A stretch of 64,000 nucleotides of DNA from Longimicrobiales bacterium. Lineage in GTDB: Bacteria > Gemmatimonadota > Gemmatimonadetes > Longimicrobiales > Gaopeijiaceae. Location: positions 352,001 to 416,000 of the forward strand of contig CBDBCF010000002.1 in the NCBI GenBank assembly GCA_965202985.1, written 5' to 3'. This document shows, in pieces, positions 49,325 to 58,515 of the stretch. The notes beneath the pieces are model-generated. The model saw nothing but the letters and a program-made list of their open reading frames with translations, made no database searches and was not told the DNA's origin. The translations under genes were made by a program, and so were the position numbers. How positions within the stretch are numbered: the stretch's first letter is position 1; the number at the start of each line of letters is the position of its first letter.

Positions 49325-49773
49325 TCGCCGTGGGAAAGCCCGGCCCCCTGGCGCCGGCGATCCGCGAGTACGAGGCCCGCGCCGCCCGCTACTGGAAGTT
49401 CGCCGCCGTCCAGGTGCCGGCCGCCCAAGGCAAGACCGCCGCCGAAGTGCTGCGGCGAGAGGGCCAAGCGATCCGCGGGCGCCTGCGGCCGGGGCTGGTC
49501 CGCGTGGCCGTCGCGCGCTCGGGTCGTCCGTGGTCGTCTCGCGAGCTCGCGCGCTGGTTGGGCCGGCTGGCCTCGGGGCCGGAGCCCGGCGTCCACTTCC
49601 TGGTCGGCGGCGCTTTCGGCCTGGAGGAAGAACTGCGCCGGGAGTGCCGTCGCCAGCTGTCGCTTTCGTCGCTGACGCTGCCTCGCGACCTTGCTCGGTT
49701 GGTCTTGGCCGAACAGCTCTACAGGGCAGGCACCCTTCTGAGAAACGAGCCCTACCACAAGGGAGTCGAATGA
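49309..49773 (+). CDS. rlmH: 23S rRNA m3-pseudouridine1915 methyltransferase
   Basis: VAVGK, FLVGGAFG, LSLSSLTLP, EQLYRA, PYHK. Confidence 0.9.
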   Translation: MLVSVVAVGKPGPLAPAIREYEARAARYWKFAAVQVPAAQGKTAAEVLRREGQAIRGRLRPGLVRVAVARSGRPWSSRELARWLGRLASGPEPGVHFLVGGAFGLEEELRRECRRQLSLSSLTLPRDLARLVLAEQLYRAGTLLRNEPYHKGVE

Positions 49774-50531
49774 CGCGAGAAGGGACTGGAACGCGTCGCG
49801 CGCCATGGTTCCGCGACTGGTTCGGGAGCGAGTACTTGGCCCTGTACCCGCACCGGGACGGCGCCGAGGCCCGTCGGGCCGTGGAGATGCTCAGGAAGGC
49901 CACGGGCCGCGGGCCGGGCGCGCGCGTGCTGGACTTGGCTTGCGGCGCCGGTCGCCACTTGGCCGAGCTGCGGCGCGTGGGCTACGCGTCCGCAGGGCTC
50001 GACCTGTCGTTCCGCCTGCTGGACGCCGCACGCGATCGGGCCCAAGGCGCGCCGTTGGTCCGGGGCGACATGAGGAGCCTGCCGTTTCGGGCCGAAGCCT
50101 TCGACGTGGTCGCTTCGTACTTCACGTCGTTCGGGTACTTCGAGGACGAAGAGGGCGACCTGCGCGTGCTGGCCGAGGTCCGCAGGGTGCTGGCGGCGGG
50201 CGGCGCCTTTCTCCTGGACTTCATGAACGCGGACGCTGTCGTGGAGAACCTTCGGCGCGAAGACCGGCGAACGGTCTCGGGGGTCGCGGTGGTGCAGGAA
50301 CGGCGCTTGGTGGAGGGCGGGCGTGTCGTGGAGAAGCGCATCAGAATCGGCGCCGGGGTAGGGACCCCGGAGCGCGCGTTCGTGGAAAGGGTCCGCCTCT
50401 ACGGACCTGCCGAACTGACCTCCATGATGGCCCGGGTCGGCTTGGCGTCCAGCGCCGTCTTCGGCGGCTACGACCTGTCTCCGTTCGGCTCGCGGTCGCC
50501 CCGCTGCATCGTCTTGGCGGAGGCGCGCTGA
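49770..50531 (+). CDS. Class I SAM-dependent methyltransferase (possible NmbA-like)
   Basis: WFRDWFGSEYLALYPHRD, LDLACGAGRH, GDMR, FTSFGYF; 1 bp upstream of bshC. Confidence 0.85.
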   Translation: MTREGTGTRRAPWFRDWFGSEYLALYPHRDGAEARRAVEMLRKATGRGPGARVLDLACGAGRHLAELRRVGYASAGLDLSFRLLDAARDRAQGAPLVRGDMRSLPFRAEAFDVVASYFTSFGYFEDEEGDLRVLAEVRRVLAAGGAFLLDFMNADAVVENLRREDRRTVSGVAVVQERRLVEGGRVVEKRIRIGAGVGTPERAFVERVRLYGPAELTSMMARVGLASSAVFGGYDLSPFGSRSPRCIVLAEAR

Positions 50532-50532
50532 C

Positions 50533-52128
50533 GTGGACGTCGTGTCGAGGCCGCTGGACGGGCCGAAGCTGGTCCGGGACTTTCTGGCGGGAGAAGCGTC
50601 GGCCGCCCCGTTCTATGAAGCGTCTCCGTTCGCGCCGGATTCATACCGCCGCAAAGCCGCCTCGCTGGCTTCGGATGCCCGCGAGCGAGCCCGCGACGCG
50701 GCGGCGCTGGTCGAACCGGGAAGCCCCTCGAGCAAGGCCCTGTTGCGGGACGTCGCGCGCTCGGGCGGCTACTTCGTGACCACGGGTCAGCAGCCGGGCC
50801 TCTTCGGCGGTCCCCTCTACGGACTCTACAAGGCGCTGGCCGCCGTGCGCCTGGCGGAGGACCTGGGCCGTCTCCTGGACAAGCCCGTCATGCCGCTCTT
50901 CTGGATCGCGTCGGACGATCACGACTGGGAAGAAGCGGGTCGCGCCTACGCCTTGGACGGTGCCAATCGGCTTCGCCGCCTGGAGCTGGGCCGCCCCGGA
51001 CGCGGACCGGGCCGGCGCTCGCTGGCCGAGACGCCGATGGGAGAGGGCCTGGAGGAGGCCGTGGCTGGCTTAGCAGACGCCTTTCCCCCAAACGACTTCC
51101 GGGAGCACTGGTTGAGCCAGGTGCGGCTGGCCTACCGGCCCGGCGCGACTCTGCCGGCGGCGTTCCGGCGCTTCATGGGAACGCTGTTGCACGACACGCC
51201 CTTGGGGTGGGTGGACGCCGGCGACCCCCGAGTCAAGGCGGCGTCGCGTCCGCTGCTCGAAGCCGAGGCCGAAGACCCGGCGGCGAGCGAGGCCGCGCTG
51301 GCGGAGACTGTGGCCGCCTTGAGCGCCGCGGGCTACGGGCTGCAGGTCCCCTTGATCCCGGGCGCAGCCAACCTGTTGGTCCACGCGCCGGACGGACGGG
51401 ACAGGCTGGAGCGGGCCGGCGCGGGGTTCCGACTTCGCGGCGCGGGGCGCGAGCTCTCGGAGGGGCGCGTGCTGCAACTGATCGCCGCGGACCCCTGCGC
51501 AGTGTCGGCCAACGTCTTGCTGCGGCCGGTGGTCGAAAGCTTCCTCTTTCCGACGCTGGCATACGTGGGCGGCCCCGGCGAGCTGGCCTACTTCGGCCAA
51601 CTGCGGGGCCTGTTCCAGCGCCACGGGGTCGGGATGCCGGTCGCGACGCCGCGCGCGTCTCTGCTGGTGGTGGAAGCCAAGGTGGCGAAGGCGATGGAGG
51701 CGCTGGGCGTCGAACCCGCCGACCTCAAGGACCGGGACGGACTCTTGGCCCGCTTCGCAAGACAGGATATGCCCCCGGCCGTGGAAGCGGCTGGGAAGCG
51801 CTGGAGGGACGAGGTGCATTCGGCGTCGGAGGAGCTGACGGCTGCCGTCGCCGGGGTCGATCGGACGCTGGAAGGCGCGACTAAGACGGCGCGAAACGCC
51901 AGCCTTGCGGCTCTCGCGGCTCTCGACAAGAAGATCGTGCGCGCCTTGAAGCGCCGGAACGAGACCGCGCGCGACCGGATCGACAAGGCTCGCGCCAACC
52001 TTTGGCCCGCTGGCAAGCCGCAGGATCGGATCTTCGGACCGCTCCAGTACCTCGTGCGCTATGGTTCCGGGTTCGTGGACCTGGTCCGCCGGCGTCTGCA
52101 GGTGGCCTCAAGCGACTGGAAGGAGTAG
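50533..52128 (+). CDS. bshC: Bacillithiol biosynthesis protein BshC
   Basis: TTGQQPGLFGGPLY..YKA, FWIASDDHD, SANVLLRP, YVGGPGELAY, PQDR. Confidence 0.93.
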   Translation: MDVVSRPLDGPKLVRDFLAGEASAAPFYEASPFAPDSYRRKAASLASDARERARDAAALVEPGSPSSKALLRDVARSGGYFVTTGQQPGLFGGPLYGLYKALAAVRLAEDLGRLLDKPVMPLFWIASDDHDWEEAGRAYALDGANRLRRLELGRPGRGPGRRSLAETPMGEGLEEAVAGLADAFPPNDFREHWLSQVRLAYRPGATLPAAFRRFMGTLLHDTPLGWVDAGDPRVKAASRPLLEAEAEDPAASEAALAETVAALSAAGYGLQVPLIPGAANLLVHAPDGRDRLERAGAGFRLRGAGRELSEGRVLQLIAADPCAVSANVLLRPVVESFLFPTLAYVGGPGELAYFGQLRGLFQRHGVGMPVATPRASLLVVEAKVAKAMEALGVEPADLKDRDGLLARFARQDMPPAVEAAGKRWRDEVHSASEELTAAVAGVDRTLEGATKTARNASLAALAALDKKIVRALKRRNETARDRIDKARANLWPAGKPQDRIFGPLQYLVRYGSGFVDLVRRRLQVASSDWKE

Positions 52129-52137
52129 GTTTCCCTC

Positions 52138-52434
52138 ATGTTGTTCACGGTGGTCGTCCTGGTCCTGTTGATCCCCATCTTGGCGATCGTCCTGGATTCC
52201 CAGGTCGGCAAAGCCATCGCCGCCAGGTTGGAACGAAGGAACCTGGGCGCCGGCGAACCGGGCTCGCACGAGCGGCTGGCCCATCTGGAAGGCGAAGTCG
52301 AGCGCCTGGGCCGCGAGGTGGAGCGCTTGGACGAAGAGGGCCGCTTCCTTCAGAAGCTCTTGGCGGGCCGAACTCGGGACGACGCCCAGCCGCCCGGCGA
52401 CGCCAACGGGTCCGCCCGCGACTCCGGGTCCTGA
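52138..52434 (+). CDS. Small membrane protein with coiled coil
   Basis: GGAG RBS, N-terminal TM, RLAHLEGEVERL...FLQKLL. Confidence 0.7.
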   Translation: MLFTVVVLVLLIPILAIVLDSQVGKAIAARLERRNLGAGEPGSHERLAHLEGEVERLGREVERLDEEGRFLQKLLAGRTRDDAQPPGDANGSARDSGS

Positions 52435-52458
52435 CCGCCGGCCGACCGGCGCTTCGCG

Positions 52459-54006
52459 GTGGCGGCCTCCCGAGTAGCTTCCGGCATTCTCGTCAGCCGG
52501 GTCCTGGGCCTGGTGCGGGAGCGCGCGATCGGCCACTTCTTCGGCACGGGGCCCCTGGCCGAGGCGTGGAAGGCCGCCCTCCGAATCCCCAACGTGATCC
52601 AGAACCTCTTGGGCGAGGGCAGCCTGAGCGCTTCGTTCGTGCCCGTCTACGTTCGCCTGCTGGAGGAAGGGCGCGAGCGCGACGCCGGTCGAGTCGCCGG
52701 GGCAGTCCTGGGGCTCCTGGTCGCCGCGGCGGGCGCCCTGGCCCTGCTGGGCAGCGCCGCCGCCCCGTGGGTCGTGCACGTCCTTCTGCCGGGCTTCCGG
52801 AGCGATCCCTACAAGGCGGAGGTCACCGCGTCCCTGCTGCGCCTGGTCTTTCCCATGACGGCCGTCCTGGTCGTGTCGGCCTGGCTGCTGGGGATCCTGA
52901 ACAGCCATCGCAAGTTCTTCGTCTCCTACGTGGCGCCGGCCCTGTGGAACCTGTCCATGATCGGCGCGCTGGCGGCGGGCGGCATATGGCGGGGCGTCGA
53001 GGGCGTGGACCTGGTGCTGACGCTGGGCTGGGGCGCCTTGGCCGGGGGCGTCCTTCAGGCGCTTTTTCAGCTTCCGTTCGCCGTTCGCCACCTCCGGCAC
53101 GTCGTCCCGTCGACAAGGCTTCGCATGTCGGAGGTGCGCGAAGTGCTGGCCAACTTCGTCCCAGCCACGACGGCGCGGGGCGTCGTGAACCTGAGTGCCC
53201 TGCTGGACTTCTTCCTGGCCTCGCTGCTGGCCTCGAACGCGATCGCGCTGCTGGGGTACGCCCAGACGCTCTACCTTCTGCCCCTGTCCCTCTTCGGCCT
53301 CTCGGTGGCCGCGGCCGAGCTGCCCGAACTCTCCCGCGACCAAACGGCCGGCATGGCGGCCGTCAAAGGCCGGGCCGAAGCGGCCGTGGCGCGCGTCCTC
53401 TTCTGGCTGGTTCCCTCGGGCGTCGGCTACATCCTGTTCCGGGAGCAGGCGATGGCCCTCTACGTGACCGGCGCGTTCGGCCCCGGCGACGCCGCCGCGG
53501 CCGGCGTGGTCTTGGCGGTCTATGCACTGGGCCTTCCGGCTTCGGGCGCGTCGCGCGTCGCGTCCTCTGCCTTCTTCGCCCTGGGCGACACGCGGACGCC
53601 CTTCCGGGCCGCCTGTCTTCGGGTCGTCGCGTCCGCGGGCGCGGGCGCGGCCCTCATGTTTCCACTGGACCGAATGCAGGCGGGTGGACTCGGGCTGGGC
53701 GCCGCGGGACTGGCGAGCGGCGCGGCCCTGGGCAGCTGGTTGGAGCTGGCGGTCTTGAAGCGCAGCCTGGGGCGGCGGCTCGCCGGCCTTTCCTTCGCAG
53801 GCCCCCGTGTTGCCCGACTCCTGGCGGCGTGCCTCCCGGCGGCGGGCGCCGGATGGGCAGCCCGACACCTGCTGTCGTCTCTCCATCCGCTGGCCGAAGG
53901 GGCCGGCACGCTGGCTGCGTTCGGCGTCGTCTACCTGCTTGCCGTCCGCGTCCTGCGCGCGACGCCCGCCACGGACGAGCCTCCTGCGCCACTACGAAAG
54001 GGCTGA
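52459..54006 (+). CDS. murJ: Lipid II flippase MurJ
   Basis: SRVLGLVRE, RIPN..QNLLGEGSLSASFVP, FFALGDTRTP. Confidence 0.93.
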   Translation: MAASRVASGILVSRVLGLVRERAIGHFFGTGPLAEAWKAALRIPNVIQNLLGEGSLSASFVPVYVRLLEEGRERDAGRVAGAVLGLLVAAAGALALLGSAAAPWVVHVLLPGFRSDPYKAEVTASLLRLVFPMTAVLVVSAWLLGILNSHRKFFVSYVAPALWNLSMIGALAAGGIWRGVEGVDLVLTLGWGALAGGVLQALFQLPFAVRHLRHVVPSTRLRMSEVREVLANFVPATTARGVVNLSALLDFFLASLLASNAIALLGYAQTLYLLPLSLFGLSVAAAELPELSRDQTAGMAAVKGRAEAAVARVLFWLVPSGVGYILFREQAMALYVTGAFGPGDAAAAGVVLAVYALGLPASGASRVASSAFFALGDTRTPFRAACLRVVASAGAGAALMFPLDRMQAGGLGLGAAGLASGAALGSWLELAVLKRSLGRRLAGLSFAGPRVARLLAACLPAAGAGWAARHLLSSLHPLAEGAGTLAAFGVVYLLAVRVLRATPATDEPPAPLRKG

Positions 54007-54010
54007 AGCC

Positions 54011-55861
54011 GTGGGGCAGGGGATTCCCTTCGAGCCCGGTCGCCTGAACCGGCTTCCCGCCAAGCCCGGCGTCTACCTCTTCGCCGGCGAGCAGGGCGAG
54101 GTCCTCTACGTCGGCAAGGCCAAGTCGCTGCGGGCGCGCCTCAAGTCGTACCTGGCCAAGGGCGCCGACCCGAGCATCAAGACGCGGGAGCTGGTCCGTC
54201 GCGCGAAGACCGTCGAGACGCTGGTCGTGGGTTCCGAGGCCGAGGCCCTCATACTGGAAGCCAACCTGATCAAGGAGCACAAGCCTCGCTTCAACATCCA
54301 GCTCAAGGACGACAAGAAGTACCCGTACGTGAAGGTCACCGTCAACGAGCCTTTCCCCCGGGCGTACCTGACGCGGACGGTTCGCAGGGACGGCGCCCGC
54401 TACTTCGGCCCCTTCGTCTCGGTGGGCCGCGTTAGGCAGGCGCTCGAAGCGCTCAAGCGCGCCCACTTCGTCCGTTCGTGCCGATACGACCTGCCGGGCG
54501 ACGCGCCCCCGCGCCCTTGCCTGGACCACCACATCGGAAGATGCCGAGCGCCGTGCGTGGGGTTGCAGTCGCAGGCCGACTACGCGGGGCTGATCGAGCG
54601 GCTGCTCGCGATCCTGGCAGGAGATGTGGCCAAGGTTCAAGCGGAAGTTGAGGCCGAGATGCACAAGTCCTCACAACACATGGACTTCGAGCGTGCGGCC
54701 CAGCTGCGCGATGTCCTGGCTGGCCTGGACGGGATCGCTCGCCAGCAGCGGGTGCAGGCCGTGGGCGGCGGCGACCACGACATCGTTGGGATGGCCCGGG
54801 ACGGCCCCGGGGCCGCCGTGGTGACGCTGCGGGTTCGGAACGGCGTGCTGGTCGGGCGCGAGACCCGCTTCATGACGGGGGCGGAAGGGGAACCCGACGA
54901 GGCGCTGATCTCGCGCTTCGCGTCCGACGAATACCTGCCGGGCAGCCGGCGCGGCGCGGACCTGCTGCCGCGCGAGGTGCTCGTGCCCCGGGACTTTCCC
55001 GACCGCGGGGCGCTTGAAGCGGTGCTCGCCGACCGGGCGGGGCGCCGAGTCGAGGTGCGCGTGCCGAAGCGGGGCGCGAAGGCGCGGCTCCTGGGCCTGG
55101 CCGCCGACAACGCCCGCCATGCATTGAACGACCGCGTGCGTCAAGGCAGTCCGCTGACCGTGCGCGCGGACGACGTGCTCTACGAGCTGCAGGAGCGCCT
55201 GGACTTGAAGGTCGTGCCCCGACTTGCGGCGTGCTTCGACGTGTCCCACACGCAGGGCTCCGAGACCGTCGCCGCGGCGGTGCTCTTCGAGAACGGCGAA
55301 CCGAAAAAGACCGGCTACCGCCGGATGCGAATCCGGGGCGACTGGGGCAACGACGACTACCGCTCGATGGCGGAGGCGGTGCGCCGCTACTTCGACCGCC
55401 GAGTGCGTGAAGGCGAGCCGCTGCCGGACCTGACGGTGGTCGACGGCGGACGGGGGCAGCTCGCGGCGGCTTGCGAAGCGTTGGCCGGGCTGGACGTGCG
55501 CGGCGTGGCTCTGGCCGCGCTGGCCAAGAGGAAAGAGCACGTGTTCCGGCCCGGTGCCCGACAGCCGATCCGGTTGCCGCGGACGGACCGGTCGCTTCAC
55601 CTGCTGCAGCGGATGCGCGACGAGGCGCATCGGTTCGCCGTGGGCTACAATCGCCATCTCCGGTCCCGGCGCACCGTGCGCTCGGCGCTGGGCGACGTTC
55701 CGGGCGTAGGTCCCAAGCGGCAACAGGCGCTCTTGGCGCGCTTCGGGTCGGTGCGTGCAGTCCGCGAGGCAACCGCCCAGGAGATCGGTCGGGTGCCCGG
55801 CTTCAGCGAAGCGATGGGCGTTCGCATCCTGACGTGGCTCGACCGGGCGGGCGGCCGTTGA
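54011..55861 (+). CDS. uvrC: Excinuclease ABC subunit C
   Basis: PGVY..YVGKAK, DDKKYPY, FDVSH, VDGGRGQ, RDEAHRFA, HhH. Confidence 0.96.
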   Translation: MGQGIPFEPGRLNRLPAKPGVYLFAGEQGEVLYVGKAKSLRARLKSYLAKGADPSIKTRELVRRAKTVETLVVGSEAEALILEANLIKEHKPRFNIQLKDDKKYPYVKVTVNEPFPRAYLTRTVRRDGARYFGPFVSVGRVRQALEALKRAHFVRSCRYDLPGDAPPRPCLDHHIGRCRAPCVGLQSQADYAGLIERLLAILAGDVAKVQAEVEAEMHKSSQHMDFERAAQLRDVLAGLDGIARQQRVQAVGGGDHDIVGMARDGPGAAVVTLRVRNGVLVGRETRFMTGAEGEPDEALISRFASDEYLPGSRRGADLLPREVLVPRDFPDRGALEAVLADRAGRRVEVRVPKRGAKARLLGLAADNARHALNDRVRQGSPLTVRADDVLYELQERLDLKVVPRLAACFDVSHTQGSETVAAAVLFENGEPKKTGYRRMRIRGDWGNDDYRSMAEAVRRYFDRRVREGEPLPDLTVVDGGRGQLAAACEALAGLDVRGVALAALAKRKEHVFRPGARQPIRLPRTDRSLHLLQRMRDEAHRFAVGYNRHLRSRRTVRSALGDVPGVGPKRQQALLARFGSVRAVREATAQEIGRVPGFSEAMGVRILTWLDRAGGR

Positions 55862-55873
55862 GGCCCGCCCCTT

Positions 55874-55903
55874 TTGACCGGAGGTCGGGATGCGGCTTAT
55901 CTT
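55874..55903 (+). promoter_or_regulatory. Putative sigma70-type promoter
   Basis: TTGACC-18 nt-TATCTT upstream of AAGGAG RBS. Confidence 0.5.
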
Positions 55904-55955
55904 TGTTCTTCCCTAGGATGCGCACGCAGCGCAGGAAACGACTCAAGGAGAACTC

Positions 55956-57353
55956 GTGTTGAAGAAGCTTCGGTTCGGCTTTGCGCTGGCGGCCGCAGGC
56001 GCCCTCTCGCTGGGCGGTTGCGCCTCCGGCTCCGGCGGAGGAGGCGGCGGCGGCGAGGAAGGGAACCCGCCCCGGGAGAACAGTCACACCCGGAGCGCCG
56101 AACTCGCCCTGACCCAGGCCATGGCCCTGGGCGACCCCAGCCGCTTCGACGCGGCGCTGGAGGCTGCTTCCAACGCCATCGCCGAAGAGCCCACCAACCC
56201 GCTTGGGTACTTCCAGGCGGGTCGGGCGCAGATCGGTCTAGAGGACTACTCGGCGGCGGACACCCTCTTCGACGCGGCGCTGGACCTTTACCCCGCATAC
56301 GCCGAGGACGTGAGGATTCAGCGCGAGAACGCTTGGATCACCATGTTCAACGCCGCCATCGAGCCCCTCAACACGGGCAACCACGAAGAAGGGGTTCGGA
56401 TGCTCGAGATGGCCGAGCTCGTCTTTCCCGGACAGCGCCCCGAGGCCCTCATCAACTTGGGCGTCAGCTACGGCAACCTGGGCCGCGGCGACGACGCCAT
56501 CGAGGCCTTCGGCCGTGCGCTGGCCGTGATTCGGGGGCCGCAGCCGGAGACGACGGACAGCGCCACGTACGCCGGTTGGATGGAGAGCGAAGCCAGCGTG
56601 ACCTTCAACCGAGCCCAGCTCCTGAGCCAGGCCGAGCGCTACGAGGAGGCGGCCGCCGAGTACGAGACGTACCTGGAGTCGAACCCCGGCAACATCTCCG
56701 CGCTTTCCAGCTTGGCGGCGGTCATGTCCCAGTCGGGCATGGCGGACTCGGCGCAGGCCATCTACGACCACTTGCTGACCCAGCCGGACCTGGGCCCCCG
56801 CGAGTACTTCAACGTCGGCGTCGGGCTTTACAGCGCCGAAGTGTTCGATCGGGCGGCCGAGGCGTTCCAGGCCGTCGCCGAAACGGCGCCCCAGAACCGG
56901 GACGCCCTCTACAACTGGGCCCAGTCCCTGTACGAAGCGGAGGCGTGGGAGGACCTCCTGCCGGTTGCCCAGGACTTGCTGGAACTGGATCCGCACAACA
57001 GCAACAGCTACCATATCCTGGCCCGCGCCCTCATCAACACCGACGACGAACAACAGGCCGTGCAAGTTCTTCAAGCCGGCGAGGACTTGGCATTCAACTT
57101 GGAGGACACCCAGCTCCAGCCTCGGAGCTCGGGCGGCGGTTCAGTCAACGGCAATCTGACGAATCGATCCTTGGAGGCCGGCGCCACGGTCGCCATTCGC
57201 GTCCACTTCATCAGCGACGACGGGATCGTGGCCGGCTCCGTGGACATTCGCGTGACCGCCCCGGAGCCGGAGAACACGGAACCGTTCGTGGCCGACCTCG
57301 CGAGCAGCGAGAGCATCTTGGGGTTCTACTTCGAGGTGTTGAGTCCGAACTGA
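55956..57353 (+). CDS. TPR-repeat lipoprotein
   Basis: LGGC lipobox, Gly linker, multiple TPRs (ALINLGVSYGNLG, YFNVGVGLY), beta-rich C-terminus. Confidence 0.85.
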   Translation: MLKKLRFGFALAAAGALSLGGCASGSGGGGGGGEEGNPPRENSHTRSAELALTQAMALGDPSRFDAALEAASNAIAEEPTNPLGYFQAGRAQIGLEDYSAADTLFDAALDLYPAYAEDVRIQRENAWITMFNAAIEPLNTGNHEEGVRMLEMAELVFPGQRPEALINLGVSYGNLGRGDDAIEAFGRALAVIRGPQPETTDSATYAGWMESEASVTFNRAQLLSQAERYEEAAAEYETYLESNPGNISALSSLAAVMSQSGMADSAQAIYDHLLTQPDLGPREYFNVGVGLYSAEVFDRAAEAFQAVAETAPQNRDALYNWAQSLYEAEAWEDLLPVAQDLLELDPHNSNSYHILARALINTDDEQQAVQVLQAGEDLAFNLEDTQLQPRSSGGGSVNGNLTNRSLEAGATVAIRVHFISDDGIVAGSVDIRVTAPEPENTEPFVADLASSESILGFYFEVLSPN

Positions 57354-57412
57354 CGGCTGTGCCCTTGGCGACGGAGGGCGGCGCATCGCGCCGGGATCGT
57401 CGCGGACGTGCC

Positions 57413-57485
57413 GCGGGAGTAGCTCAGGTGGTAGAGCATCAGCTTCCCAAGCTGAGGGTCGCGGGTTCGAGTCCCGTCTCCCGCT
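57413..57485 (+). tRNA. tRNA-Gly(CCC)
   Basis: GCGGGAG/CTCCCGC, TCAGC-TTCCCAA-GCTGA, GGTTCGAGTCCC; no encoded CCA. Confidence 0.96.
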
Positions 57486-57590
57486 TTGTCGCGCCAAGGG
57501 CTTCGGCCCCGTATGTTCAGGGCCGTGTTCGGGACCGTAAGCCCGGCGGGGCTTCGGATCCCGCTAGCTCCCCGAACCGGAGGCCTACTC

Positions 57591-58469
57591 ATGCACCGAC
57601 GCACCTTGTGGCTGGCATTGCTCGCTGCACACGTGGCCGCGGCCGGCACGGCCGCTGCGCAAACCCCTCGAGACGAACTCTTGCGCCAGGCGGAAGCCGC
57701 CCGAGGCTCGGCGGACTTCGCGACGGTCCTTCAAGGGGCGACCGCCGCTCGCCTGCTGGGCGACTACGGAGAGGCCGAGGGGCTGCTGGAACGGTCCACC
57801 GAAGCTCTTCGGCAGGCCGACGAGGCCTGGGTCAACGAGATGATCTTCTTTGCCCTGGCTTCGGGACAGGGGGTCAACGGCATGCAGCGCGCCCTCCGCG
57901 AGGCTCGCACCCGCGTCCGCATGACGCCGGTTCAGATCGCCTCGGTCGCCAACACTTTCCCCGCGTTGCTGGTGGGCGGAGAGTTCGACGAGATGATCTT
58001 GAGCTTGGCGCCGGATCACCCCGATCCCGCGTACCGCTGCTCGTGCCAAGCGGAGAAGGCCTGGGTGCACCGGGTCGCGGGCAACCAGCACGAGTCGCGC
58101 ATCCTGTGGGGAGAGCTCGTGGCGGCTTGGGACCGCAACCCCCTGGAGTTCGAGGACGCGGACGCCCAAGCCAACTGGCAAGGCCAGTACGCCCGCAACC
58201 TGGCCCGCGCCGGCCGGCTCGCCGATGCGCGAGTGGCGCTGGACAAGGCCATGAACATGCCCGTGAGCGACGCCGCGCGGCCCATGGTCCAGCGTCGCTG
58301 GGCCCAGACCTACGCGGAGCTCGGCGAGGTCGAACAGGCGATCGCGCTCCTGGAGCCCCTGATCGAAGGTTCGACGCTGGTAACCGTGAACAGCTTGGCG
58401 ACGCGCTACACGTGGGAGCCGGTGCGGCAGAACCTCGCCTTCCAGGAGATGCTCGACCGGCATCGCTGA
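57591..58469 (+). CDS. Secreted helical/TPR-like protein
   Basis: GGAGG RBS, signal peptide (AAAQ), AQTYAELGE.EQAIALL..WEPVR. Confidence 0.7.
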   Translation: MHRRTLWLALLAAHVAAAGTAAAQTPRDELLRQAEAARGSADFATVLQGATAARLLGDYGEAEGLLERSTEALRQADEAWVNEMIFFALASGQGVNGMQRALREARTRVRMTPVQIASVANTFPALLVGGEFDEMILSLAPDHPDPAYRCSCQAEKAWVHRVAGNQHESRILWGELVAAWDRNPLEFEDADAQANWQGQYARNLARAGRLADARVALDKAMNMPVSDAARPMVQRRWAQTYAELGEVEQAIALLEPLIEGSTLVTVNSLATRYTWEPVRQNLAFQEMLDRHR

Positions 58470-58515
58470 AGCCGGGTTCCTTCGCCCTTCTCGTGGACGC
58501 GGAGGGGTAGGGACG

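Noticed and set aside
57413..58515. tRNA-Gly as integration site of an island
   Set aside because: No integrase and no duplicated tRNA 3' end seen; only one secreted protein gene and short hairpins.
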